Shown piece by piece: positions 24,353-37,730 of a stretch of DNA of 64,000 nt. Both the position numbers and the translations under genes were made by a program. The notes under the pieces are model-generated. The model ran no database searches. It was not told the DNA's origin and was given only the letters and a program-made list of their open reading frames with translations. Every line of letters begins with the position of its first letter. Position 1 is the stretch's first letter. The DNA comes from Mizuhopecten yessoensis (Eukaryota): positions 1,223,136-1,287,135 of the forward strand of contig NW_018408786.1 of NCBI RefSeq assembly GCF_002113885.1, in the 5' to 3' direction.

Positions 24353-27300
24353 CCCTATGTATGTATGCCTGCATGTGTGCTGGAGATGTATTGTGTTCTG
24401 TTTGTAGTCATGGATGATGCATTTAGAGATTTTGCATGTATATTATATTGGTTGAAAAAATTGAAAACGGTGAAATGTCAAATTCGGCAAAAACAGAAGA
24501 TGGCGTCAAAATCTGACTACATCAGAGCATACCCAATGTAGACGATGGAGACGTCATGGTAAGGGCCTCAATGATCAGAAATATAACATGAAACAAATTT
24601 CAATGTTAGAGAGTTTAACTTGTATTTCACGCAGACAGAAATATTCTTGTAAGTTGTCTATGATGTATCCGAGTAGGATTCACAAGTATATACAATTACT
24701 CGACAAACATTCCAAGAATTATTTCCTCCACCAACCAGTCACACCATCTTTATTTTCCATCAGTGACCATCCACTTTAAATCATGGTCTATACATCTCAC
24801 TGTCTATTACCCGAGGTCAGGAGCTGGTCAAGATTCTGTCTCTTAGCTATATAGTAACACCATGACTGGACACCAGCTATATCAGCGGTATCTGTTTCTT
24901 TTGGCCCTGGTTCCCCAGGCTCCAGGTGATTAGGCCATTGTTAATAATTACATTGGAAAGGTTCAAAACAGTTCAGCCAGAACAGGAGAACACATTTGTA
25001 CGTATATGAGCAACACCCGAGTGGTACGTCCTCTACACCTTCCATTTAAACTTTTACTTGCTCACAATCTCATATATCCTAAGCTTGTCATTTCCTCTGT
25101 TTTTATTTGTGTATTTCGGCCCGATCACAGTATCAGGTAGTTTTAAAACCGCTCCAATTTCTCTGGTCAGTTATAGCGCTGATCATGAGTATGTGTCCAC
25201 ACCTGTGAAGCTTTGGTGTGGTCAGTGGAGGATAGCCTTACCCTATAAACTGACCATCTTTTTTTCCAGGTGTGGTGTCCATTTTCATTATCACCTCCTA
25301 CCATTGTGGGGGACATAGACACCCTTTCACCAAGGAACTGAGCCTGTAATTCTACACAAATAACCCCCCAACACCAGGATCAGTGTTACCATAAAATGGT
25401 CATATCTAAGTTCTAACAGATTGTCACTCATCTGTGAATCTGTGCTAAAACTTCCCTAGTCCTGTACCAAGTTAATATCTACTGTTGAGAAACCGAGGGG
25501 TACTGTATGAACATCTTATCTGAAGGCTCAACTTTCACTTACAGTTACACACAAAAATACTTTAAAAGAAATTGTTGAAAGCTTGGGTGGGCAATCTTAA
25601 TGAAAAAAAAATACATTGCACAAATTTTATCGAATTACCATCTAGTCAAAAAATACTAGAAGAATATTTCACATTTCTCCATATTTCTATTTTTTAGAAC
25701 GTATGTTTACTCAATTCTGTTATCGCCACACAGAAAACAGGTTTGAAGTGTTCGGTAGCCGGAATGACGGGCAAAATTTCTGTATTTACTTTTCGAGAAG
25801 AATTATTGAGGTAGCCCTAAAAAGTTCAGCAAATACAAGACCTTTTACGGGTATACTTGGAGGGATTTACACCGTATTGGCAGTGAACGAGGACCAATAA
25901 ACTACCCAAGTACAATCCACACACAATACACAATCGTATTGGTATTTTTAAGATTTGGTCAACACTACAAACTAACAGTAGAAGAAAGTCGTCCCCATGT
26001 TCCCATTTTCATTCCCAATATTGACCCAAGGGATCGTAGCTCTAAGGTCTGTTGATACTGGGACGGTAGTAAACACCCTGGGAACATCCAGATACAGATG
26101 CTAATTTAAGCCATGTTTTCTTGGCTGACAAATATTTTGAAAGTTAATTATTCTGTCCATTCCGCAAAGCAAACAGGCGGATTGAAAGGTCAACATGTTG
26201 TACTCAAATTGATACTGTAGAGCCCAAGATGTTATTTAATTAACAAATTTTGTAAATTTCACATCAAGTTAACAAAAACAAATATCTGTGAATTTGTCTA
26301 TTTGAACTGTGACTTATTCAATTGATCAATTTTAGCGAGATTAGCTACCAGATAAATGTTACTACACCTTATACACAATTAAAAAGTTGTAAGAAAAGTG
26401 ATGTCTTGCCCGATGTGGATTTTCAGGTTCAACGACTATTTTAAACATTTCAGGTTGGTCACACCTAGGAAGGCTGACAAAAACATCCTTTGCGCACAAT
26501 TACGCTGCAAATTTCATGACAAAATGGCTCTCTATGGCCCCACAGCAGGTTATTTTTCATCAAACTCTATAAAATTGTCCTAAAGGTTGGCGTATCAGGG
26601 AATCCTTAATAAATTAATGTACCATGACTCGTTCACCAACAAAAACCTAGTTCATCCCCCACCTCGATCTAATCCCACAGAAGGTGTATGTACGCACGAC
26701 CATTTACATTATTATCTGACAAAGTTACCTACGCAGACCCTTCTAGCAGATAAACTTCCAAATCACAAATATGGAAATGACATGAATTTTCCATTCATTA
26801 TTCTTTAGTCTAAGTAATTATATACACCACATAATTCATGGAAACGACCAACCACTGTAGACCAGGTCCAATTTCAAACATGATAATTTAATTACACAAT
26901 TTCCTTAAAGACATATCAACTCGAGATTTATGCAAATCTTATTAAAACATGACGGTTATTTTTGATCGCCTTGCTCTACATACAAAATAGATTCAAAGCT
27001 GAACAGAATAATTAAATATAAAGCTGAACAGAATAATTGAATATTATATAAAGTCCAAGTATTAAAAGAAAAAAGAAATTATTTTGAACGTAATACTTTG
27101 ATTTTCGTTTTGAATCGCAATTGTAGTATGAATTTCAGGTAGTTTGCATATCATGACGGGGTTGAATTTCTTTGAACTCAGTAGCAGGCTAGTTTGGCAG
27201 AGAATGAATGACAAAGTCAACTGATCAATTACAGCTAATATTTAATACATTGTCCGAAATTCGACCCCCAAAAAGAGAAGATTTAAATTTGAAAATTACG

Positions 27301-29390
27301 AAAACACCAAACAGTCCTAATTGAGTCTGATGTGAAATATGTCTAGCGAGGTCTGTGGGAATAATTATTCCTGTCAGACCTAATATTTCTATTGATAAAT
27401 CATTCCTCTGTGTATATCTATATATATGTAATCGGAACATATGTACCTACAGATTAAGATATTTGTATAAGTAGATACGCACTTCTAGTATTTATCCATA
27501 TCTATATGGGCATTGATGAGACCTGTATAGGAGAAATCAAACCCTGACAGATTTATTTGAAATTTTCCCTGGTAGCGTATTGATAGACGTCTCCACTGAC
27601 GTCTATACCACGTATAAGCTTTCAGATCCATTGATCACGTATGCCATAAATAGAAATTAGCGATTTGATACTTTGATATACATTAACGTTTCTCCAAAAA
27701 CCTGTCTGATGAAAATTATTTGTACAATGATCCGACCGATGAGCTTTTACATTCCAGTTTCCGCACCATTCTGAGCCGAATTGAGCAGGTATTAGATGAG
27801 TATAGATCTGTATTTAAAGGCCTGTAGTTCGCCCCCAGGATTAGATTATATAGGTTAAACACCATTCCAGCTTGAATTGAACTGGAATTATAGATACAGG
27901 TCTGTTTGTAAGCTTTAAGGTTAGAGATTGACCATCTATCTAAGATATCGTATGTAGATCTACCAACTATCTGTAAACAGAGTTTGGATGACAAAGACAA
28001 TTCTGTATTACTCGTTGTAACTGTGATGTCACGGTAAACTTTAAGATCAAATTAACGTAAGATATGCTGGTGGAAGCACTGTCAGTGTGACCCAGATCCA
28101 ATCGGTGGGAAATTAGCGTCGATTTAAATGTCGTATCGCCACCAAACATCCGAATTTTTTTATAGAGAAGGTTTTCAAATGAGAACATTCTACAGCACTA
28201 CATGAAATGTAATCACGCTGTTATTTGCCATCAACCCTTTAATTTAACAATAACAGAGAGATATTGGGTAAACCTAAGCCCCAGATAACACTATATATAA
28301 TCAGTGATCAATATTTCCCTCTGGCAAATCTCATCGTCCCCACGTATTATTGTTTTGGTTTTTTAAATAGAGCAAATTAAAGGACATGTTGACATCTGTT
28401 GTCTGACTCAACATGATCCATCATGAAATAGTCTCAACGAAATATTACACATGTCATGTAGTACTATATGAAAGCCTTTAACAGTATCATGCTTTGACTG
28501 AAAAATATGTGAAAATCTAAATATCTCGTTTTTGTAACTGAGAGCTACTTTTCTGATATCAATTGTCAATTTCAGGTCCTAGCAAACATTTGGAGCACAA
28601 TGCTGAAACTATGTACTCATGAATACATTTATTTTTTTTGTTATGAAGTTTTGTCCAATAACATGGCGACTGGCTACATTTGGTCAGTGAGAATTAGTAT
28701 ATCTCCAGGCTGTCCCCATCACAGACCCTGGATGCCATACATACTGGGTATGATACCCCCACTTATCATCTAGAACAAATAATTTGTCTAAGATTTGTTA
28801 GCAGTGGTGATAAGTCGGGAACACTATGATCACCAATGCCTTGGCTGGTACCCAACAAAAAACCGTTACGACATCCCCCTAAGCCTGTTTGTTCCGAGTC
28901 GGAGATACCTGACGGTGGGCCACGATTCGACACTCAGGAATTATCAGGCGCCACTTCACCTATCACCCATTAGTAATATATCCCTTGATTACACCTCAAC
29001 AACCCAAACTGATCCTTTCACCATATGCCACCACTGGCAGATATGTTTCTAGACTCGTTACCGTACAATTTATTTCAAAACAGTAAATGACATCTTTTGT
29101 ATGTGGATACTATGTTAAATACTTGACATTTTAACTAATATCCCTCTGTCTTGGATGCCCACTTGTATAATACAGTGGCCCGGTATAATGCTTATAAACC
29201 TACACTCGGTCTACCCTGTCGATAATTAGCTGGCTGCACCCGTTATCTAATGGGGTGTAAGACCTCAATCATGACAGTTCCGCAAGTGTCAAGCGTGAAG
29301 ATGTTGTCAGTATACCCACAAAACCACAGCCTGTCAATAGCGTTTTCTATACCGATACCTCCTACAATGTATTACATGTCGCGGAAATAA

Positions 29391-30240
29391 TGAGGCCAAG
29401 AGATCTCACCCCTACAGGTATTACTGTGTCCCTGAAGTCATAAGGCCAAGAGATCTCACCCCTCCAGGTATTACTGTGTCCCTGAAGTCATAAGGCCAAG
29501 ATATCCCACCCCTACAGGGATAACTGTGTCCCTGAAGTCATAAGGCCAAGAGATCTCACCCCTGCAGGTATTACTGTGTCCCTGAAGTCATAAGGCCAAG
29601 ATATCCCACCCCTACAGGTATAACTGTGTCCCTGAAGTCATAAGGCCAAGCGATCTCACCCCTACAGGTATTACTGTGTCCCTGACGTCATAAGGCCAAG
29701 ATATCCCACCCCTACAGGTATAACTGTGTCCCTGAAGTCATAAGGCCAAGAGATCTCACCCCTGCAGGTATTACTGTGTCCCTGAAGTCATAAGGCCAAG
29801 ATATCCCACCCCTACAGGGATTACTGTGTCCCTGAAGTCATAAGGCCAAGAGATCTCACCCCTGCAGGTATTACTGTGTCCCTGAAGTCATAAGGCCAAG
29901 AGATCTCACCCCTACAGGGATTACTGTGTCCCTGAAGTCATAAGGCCAAGAGACCTCACCCCTACAGGTATTACTGTGTCCCTGAAGACATAAGGCCAAG
30001 AGATCTCACCCCTACAGGTATTACTGTGTCCCTCACCCCTACCTGGCATCTAATGTTCCTGAAGTCATGAGGCCAAGATGTCTAACCCCCTTCCAGGCAT
30101 TGCTGTTTCCCTGAAGTCGTGAGGAAAAGACATCTTGCCCCTACCTGGCATCAAATATCTCTGAAGCCATGGGGCCAAGATGTATAAGCCAATACATCTC
30201 ATCCCTAATGCACAGTACATGTTCCTGAAGTCATGAGGCC
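29391..30240. repeat. 50-bp minisatellite (taaggccaagagatctcacccctacaggtattactgtgtccctgaagtca), about 13 good copies plus a degenerate tail
   Basis: Exact 50-bp period from 29391 to ~30030, then diverged units. Confidence 0.95.
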
Positions 30241-31048
30241 AGTTTGCCTCAATTTATCAACTAAGCCTGACATAACCGTTTTCTCCATTGAATTATAGGA
30301 TCTTCACTTCTGAAAATTGCCTTCTGTCATGTTTGGCTGCCACAGGACACTACAAACAAGACACTCTGGCCTTGCACCCATTTTTATGCTGTTTTTGTTG
30401 GCAAACTTGCAATCTGCAAACAAGCTTTATAGAAATCTAAAGACAAAAATAACAACTTTTGTTTTACCATGGCAAGCACCAACAGCATTTGAAGTTGAAA
30501 TGGTGAGGTTAATTGAAATGTGTGACAGATTCATCAAGGCAGTAGTAGGTTCATAACGTTAGTAGTAAGACCTTGAGCCTGTCACAGCATGGTGCCAGCG
30601 GTGTGGAATCTTCTGACAAGGTATGACCCTTGTACAACAAAATTATGCATTAAAAAAAGGCCAAGATCTTTAATCGGAGTACAAAACCCAGTTTCTGATA
30701 ACACTAGAGCTTTAACTGATGGTAGTCAAATTTCAATTGATTATCAGTGATAAGGCGTGTACTATATTTCAACACTGAAGTATATACTAATACACTGTAG
30801 AATAGACCCACTGGCACATCTCCCAAGTTTTACCCTGGCGTTTTAATTATAAACCCAACGGCTGTATGTTAGAGTAAGCTAAACAGACAGCCAGCCCATC
30901 ACCACACAGACTAATTTGATTACAAACCTAGGTGGTGGAAATATCAACATGAGAAAAACACCTATATTGATTTAAGTTTGATGACCCGGACATCTTCCAC
31001 TTCATTGGTGACTTGAAAATATTGAATCCAGTAAATGTAAAAAAACAA

Positions 31049-31670
31049 ACATTGATATTTGTCACCAGTGTAAACATTGATATTTGTCACCCGTGTTAAC
31101 ATTGATATTTGTCACCAGTGTTAACATTGATACTTGTCACCAGTGTAAACATCAATATTTGTCACCCGTGTTAACATTTATATTTGTCACCCGTGTTAAC
31201 ATTGATATTTGTCACCAGTGTAAACATCAATATTTGTCACCCGTGTTAACATTTATATTTGTCACCAGTATAAACATTGATATTTGTCACCCATGTTAAC
31301 ATTGATACTTGTCACCAGTGTTAACATTGATACTTGTCACCCGTGTTAACATTTATATTTATCACCCGTGTTAACATTGATATTTGTCACCAGTGTAAAC
31401 ATTGATATTTGTCACCAGTGTTAACATTGATATTTGTCACCCGTGTTAACCTTGATATTTGTCACCCGTGTTAACATAGATATTTGTCACCAGTGTAAAC
31501 ATTGATATTTGTTTGTCACCAGTGTTAACATTGATATTTGTCACCAGTGTTAACATTGATATTTGTCACCAGTGTAAACATTTATATTTGTCCCTAGTGT
31601 AAACATTGATATTTGTCACCCGTGTTAACATAGATATTTGTCACCAGTGTTAACATAGATATTTGTCACT
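31049..31670. repeat. 25/26-bp minisatellite (acattgatatttgtcaccagtgt(t)aa), about 24 copies
   Basis: Direct tandem units. Confidence 0.95.
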
Positions 31671-32879
31671 AGGATTACCTATAGTTCTGTGAAGACATCA
31701 AAGTCTTAGATTATTTTATAATCTAGCTATGGAAAACGGAAACAAAGATTCTTTCCCCCAATAAATGAATTTTGATCATGCAATTAACAGCATATACATT
31801 TTATATTTTTGTTTTTACTGATCATTTCTGGATTACTTAAATCTATTACAGGGATTACTAAAACACCCTACCAATTAAAACAGCTGCTAACTTTTGAATA
31901 TTTTATTAATATCCTGTAAGAATTTATACAGAGTAAAGCCAGCCCTACATGCCTATGCTAATTCTGGGCAGGTGAGACCGTTGAAAGCAGTACCTCAGGA
32001 CAATTGAATATTGCACCGTTCCCCCAGGCTGCCTACAACTCTATCATACCTGGACAACGCCAGATATGTGTCCTAACCTTCACAGCAATGTCATTCCAGT
32101 TAGGTCTAATTGAGTCTGTTACACATTTGATTTGTAGTTATCAATGTCAATCACTGCGGGCCAACAACCAGCAGAACAAAAGCTTTGAAGCGTCCTTTGC
32201 ACATTTTTGCGGCCATCGACGTTTCTATCACGTAATATGTCGCTGTTCTTAAATCCTTGTCAACAAAATGTATCAACACATATTCTATCATGCTAAAACT
32301 TCACATTTCTGCATAATTAATTTCCATGATTGATAATACAATAGTATATTATTCCATGAATATTCATGAATCATTTGATGTTTATTAACTCGCTTCCTTA
32401 TTTGCATCAAAACATGCCCAATTACGCTAGTGAAGAACATTAGTTATGCAATTAGGTTTTCATCGTGATACTAAATTGGAATTAATCTTAATAACAGTGC
32501 AGATGACTAATTAAATATATATATATACATCAAAAACACTAACATGTGTATATATATTAATATATATACAATACACTACGAAGTATTTGTATGAATATAT
32601 ACTCTCGATATTACTATGTATATGTAAATATATATCTGATACATATGCGCCTGTGTACTTGATGTGCTGCGGATAAAGAAATGTTACAAGGCACACGTCT
32701 CTAAAATAAAACCAAGCAGATGTTTCTTTGAAGGTGCTAATTAATTAGCAGACAGATGCCGAAATTCTGGATGTGACGTTTATGTATGGGTAAACATGAC
32801 CCTGGAGAAATCACAGCTTATTGTGTGTGGCTATACATAAGTATTGTAAAGGTCACCTGATCCCTAACTCATCCCTAAA

Positions 32880-33115
32880 ACAGAAACCATTCCAAATGGT
32901 AAGATAGAAATCATCCTAGAAGAGTCAAATAGAAACCTATCTTGAGGGTCAGATAGAAACTATCACCAAGGGTCAGGGAGAAACCATCCCCAAGGGTCTG
33001 AGGTAAAATATCCCAAGGGTAACATAGAAACCATCACTGAGGGTCAGCAAGAATGTCACCAACGGTCAGCTAGAAACAATGCCTGAAGGTCAGTTAAAAC
33101 CATTTCCCTATCGGT
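32880..33115. repeat. Highly degenerate ~26-bp repeat (gggtcagatagaaaccatc...)
   Basis: Recurrent ggtcag/agaaacca motifs. Confidence 0.6.
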
Positions 33116-33277
33116 CAGTCAGGAATATATGGGTCAGTAATTAGCAGCCAAAACATTAGAACTGCAGACTACTTCGGATCTGAAAGCAACTTTGTCATCC
33201 ACTTCATCACATAAACATTGACTATCATCTTGAATAAATTACTTTGAAATTCCTTGAAATATCATTATTGAACTTAC

Positions 33278-33446
33278 TCTTTAATTTGGACGTCTTGGGT
33301 GTTTCTGGAAACTGGAAGACATTGTCATTTTCATCGATGTCTTCAAACAATTCCTTGAAGTCATCAAACGGCGATGTGTAGTGCATTAACGGTGATGACC
33401 AAAGGTCTCCGTTGAGTTCTTCAGAGGGGGATCGATCCGAACTCAT
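33278..33446 (-). CDS. CLASP: Candidate alternative first coding exon of CLASP (MSSDRSPSEELNGDLWSSPLMHYTSPFDDFKELFEDIDENDNVFQFPETPKTSKLK-, 56 codons + 1 nt)
   Basis: Protein-like acidic ORF from ATG 33446; donor AGA|GTAAGT falls exactly in phase 1. Confidence 0.7.
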
Positions 33447-33895
33447 TCTCCCTCACTCAGAAGCTTGACATTGATGAGAAATGCTATGATACCATTTTCT
33501 TTTTCATTTTTGCTTGAGCATCATAAATTTACCACCAACCATGTACGATACACTGAATCCAAAAATTTCATTGTGTCACCAGAAATCCTGTCGATGTGGA
33601 GCATATCCCATACATTAATTCCCGAATCACATTAATCCGACGTGAACATTAACCCGACAAAGAACTTCTCTGAACTGCTGTTCTCTGTACATCATTAATA
33701 CATTACAAACTCTACGATGCAGAAGGAGAAACAATTTTGAACTTTTCACTTTTTACGATTTTTCACATTCTCCACATTTCACGGGCAATTTCATTGCACA
33801 ACCACAGGTCTGAATGACATCTATCACGTACAGTGTCGGTGGATATCTCCATACAACACAGAATACACACACTTACTTCCAATGCTCTCACATAC

Positions 33896-33926
33896 CTCTT
33901 ATTACCAACCAGCACCATTTATCCAT
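33896..33926 (-). CDS. Candidate alternative start exon (MDKWCWLVIR-)
   Basis: ATGG start, 10 codons + 1 nt, GAG|GTATGT donor in phase 1. Confidence 0.4.
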
Positions 33927-35083
33927 AATGTTAACACTGACAATATATATTTTTTCTTCTAAATTCCAATATTTTTTTAACCCTGGGTCAGCACTTGACT
34001 GACTTGTCTGCGTCACCGATATCTGACTAAACAAATAATCACATGTATACGGAAATGGATCGGCTCCAATTATGTTGGTGAGAAATTTAAACACAATCAC
34101 TCATCTCCTGACATGATTATGAAACATTAGAGGGCGATATGGTATACTTATTTACAGTTCACCATGCCCCAGCGATCCACGACCGACGTGGACTGATGAA
34201 AATCTGGTATGTAAGGACATGATATATGAAAAGCTCCCTCCAATCTGTGTCCGTTTGATTATCCAGGTAAAACGGTATTGAACAAGGTCCGATACACAGT
34301 TCGCTGACAATGGTGGATTCCGACCTCAGGCCATGTTGAGGTTAGAGACATTTAATCCACTGGAATGGTGCCATGATTAGTATTTATACAGCACAGGGGC
34401 TTCTACACACGGTCACAGGTCCCCGTCCTCAGCACTCTATAGGCAGTTATACACACTATAGTAGATAACAGGTGTAGAAACTCAGTCACCAGTCACAGCA
34501 CACACATGTCCAGTTGACTAATTAGTTAATGATCTAGTTGTAATTAGCACTGACCCGTATGGTCAGCTATAAGGAGTTAGATAAAGTTGGCCAGGTGTTG
34601 GGTAGGTCCACCCCCTAACATAGCTACCCTGTCACTGACTCGCCAGTGTTTGTATACAATCATTATACACACACATGTCCTCATCATTATACACCTGTCT
34701 TCATGTATACCTTCTGTGACGACTTGTCTACATGCACAGGTAAAGTACAGGTGTAACACACTACATCAACAAATCAATGACATTTCACCTGGCTGGAATC
34801 TTACTAGTAACCTGATAACCTTACGTACAATAGACACTCAAGTCATCACTGTAATGGTCAGCTGTACGAAGGTTAATCACGGGTACAGGTACGTCACAGG
34901 TGAAACACGGGTATACTCTTCAGGTTAACACATAGGTAATGAACAGAATTGCAATTAGTCCCCGAAAATCTGGAGAATTCCAATTTTCACCCGAGACACT
35001 AGTAATGCTGAATTTCAAAGATTCATAAATCGTATGTTAACTTTGAGGTAATAAAACAGTCGTTGTATCTCCACATTTCTTAC

Positions 35084-35105
35084 CTGTAATGTCACAGGTG
35101 TTCAT
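35084..35105 (-). CDS. Candidate short start exon (MNTCDIT-), possibly within exon 35135-35084
   Basis: ATG, 7 codons + 1 nt, strong CAG|GTAAGA donor; upstream ttttcag acceptor at 35136. Confidence 0.35.
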
Positions 35106-35508
35106 AGCATCACAATGAAAATTTTAACCAGGTCACTGAAAACTTGTCCTAAATTTCCTGTATCCTGGATCCAGGAGTGGTCAATTGACTGTTCACAAAG
35201 TGGACATCGTTGGACAGTCCTAAATAGGGCGGTAAATGAGACAGGAACTAGGCAGTGTTAAATGGTAGAGTCAGGTGTATCCCTGCGTGGCGATATTCCC
35301 TACCTGTCATCTCAGCCCAGGCATATCACACACCTGTCATAACTGTTGCAGTATTACTCAGGTGGAGAAAAACAGGTTCAAATGTCAGCTGGCATTACGA
35401 AAAGCATAAATCCTGCAAATTATTCCACAGCACCTAAAGGTTTCCCTTCTCCTCAACACAGTGTTAGGAACGTCAGCTATGCTATAGCTATATAGCCAGC
35501 ACACTTAC

Positions 35509-35719
35509 CAGTATATTTGAAATATTTTGAATTGAAAATTAAACTAACGGCAGGATGCTTTCTCCATAATTCAAGTGTTACACGTACATTCCCAGACTTT
35601 ACACTACAACGGGACTTAAACATTCCCAGACCAAACACATGTGAGACTTGTCTTATGGTGTTACACAATATACGATAAAAACTATTTTGAAGTTCGTCCT
35701 TGACCTTGAAGCATGACAT
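35509..35719 (-). CDS. CLASP: Candidate alternative first coding exon of CLASP (MSCFKVKDELQ...SKYFKYT-, 70 codons + 1 nt)
   Basis: ATG at 35719 with an open frame to a consensus donor ACTG|GTAAGT in phase 1, compatible with the 4146 and 3228 acceptors. Confidence 0.6.
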
Positions 35720-35755
35720 CCTTTCTCTCAACGAAAACCGCTGATGTCACACACA

Positions 35756-35782
35756 GTCACATGTGACGACCCTCATTTGCAT
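35756..35782. promoter_or_regulatory. Palindromic E-box (gtcacatgtgac) and octamer (atttgcat) just upstream of candidate first exon 35719
   Basis: Both motifs are directly visible 37-63 nt upstream of the ATG; function is inferred. Confidence 0.35.
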
Positions 35783-37213
35783 AATAACACCCCGCGAGGT
35801 AATTATGTACATCGTATCTGTCGGATCAAAGTGAGTTTTTAATGTTGCCCAGTCAGGGCGTATGTATGTCACTTCAATAAGATAACCTGTACTTTTTACA
35901 CAGCACTGCTTCCTCGGTACAAAGAGTCAGTATAACACGCTCGCAGTGTTACTCTCAACATACAAAGAGACAGGAACATTATTCTTAGAAGTGTAAACAT
36001 TGACTCAATAACAAATCCAAACAGTGTCCAAAAATTACATAACATTTTACTTCAAGTTAAATATTTGTTTTAAACGAAATTTGAAGAAAAAAATTGTGAA
36101 TTAATCACAAGCCTTTTTACTGTCTTTATAATTTATCATATTTTTTCATCAGTCTCGTTTGTATTTCTGCCTGTAGAGGAATGTTTACAGTGCCTGTATT
36201 AAGATCTAGAACAGGTTTATTACATGGCTTAACCCAGACAGGTTCATTATACTTTAATCACTTTCTATGTATAGAATATGGGACAGCTATATGTAAATTG
36301 GCTGTAATTTTGTGAACAACAAGGAATAGACCACCTAGCTGCCAGATATTGGATAATGAGTTTTCCCATCAAGCCCCAAACCAGCTGTAAAGATGTCCCT
36401 TGTCTAAGGCCCCAGAATATGGACAAAAGGGGACACAGCCCCAGCAGGTGAATTGTTACACCTGACAAGTGTCCATGATACAAGATTTAGCTTCAACAGA
36501 GTACAGACAAGCACTGAACACGAAGAAATGTCAACCATGTGTTTAAACTATTCCTACAAGCAATGGATGAAACTGTACGGCATGGTATTGTAGTTACAAG
36601 CGATTATTGGGGCATTAGACATTAAATCTGTACCCTTGAGGGCGGAGAGACGAACTTAGCGCGCGTTACCTCCACAAAGAGACTGAGATACCTTTAGATA
36701 GGTCAAAAATAGGGACAAATCTTACCTATAGATAAACGGGTCGAAAAAAGACCACAGATACTTCCTTAAATTAACTCAAATCAACTCATATTTCTGTGCA
36801 TCAAAATGAATTGGACAATCAGTTTTTTTATATTTAATATGGAAATTTTTTGGGGGGATAAAATTACCACTCAACCACATGTGAAATGAAAAGATAAGAT
36901 CTAAATGTATTCCTAAATTTTCCGATTAGACTTGACAAGGGTGACCAATGTAAGAGCACATCACAATATCTGGTTAGGGTCTAGTTTCATCATAATATGT
37001 AACACTAGAACTGATTTCTTCAATAAGTACACCGGACACACCATCACTAGTGGTCTCAAGTTTCACCGACTAGTACAGCAAAGCACAACAACTTATTTTT
37101 ACTTTTTTTTCCACTAGCTTGCATTGTATGTATATTATCTGCTCTCGTGAAAACTGTCATAAAATCTGCAAAATCATTGTGTACCAGCGGATCTTGATTT
37201 GTAAGTGTCTTGT

Positions 37214-37304
37214 TTAAGTCATTCACCCCTGAAGACACATTTGAACTCTTCCAATTCAAAGATTGGATTAGTGCATTATGAAATTTCAGGGGTGATTGAG
37301 TTAA
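37214..37304. mobile_element. ~90-bp TTAA MITE, copy 3 (opposite orientation)
   Basis: ttaagtcattcacccctgaa ... caggggtgattgagttaa. Confidence 0.85.
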
Positions 37305-37730
37305 CTGAGTGACGCAAGGACTAACAGCTGCAGGTTCTACAACGGGAACGAAATGGAGATAAAAACGAACATATGGCAAACACTATTATTAGGCTATGAC
37401 TTAGCAATCATAATTTTACTAGGGAAAAAAATACAGCAGAATGTTGACTTGTGACCAAATTATGTTTTTTTATTGAGCAAGCAAGCATGCAATCTTACAT
37501 ATCTCAACACCAAAATGATTGACCTTGAGTTTAATTGTCCTTGTATACGTGTCCGTGTCCGAGCCGGGATGGTCAATGATTGATAGACTGTTTTAACCCT
37601 GACCTCAGTCACCTCATCACAGCTTAGTTGACATTCTGACTGTGTGTAATTGTTGCATTGGGCGGGGCTACCGTAGGTACAGTACTTTGACCGTGTAGGT
37701 CTATACAGATGAATACTGGGTATATAGATG

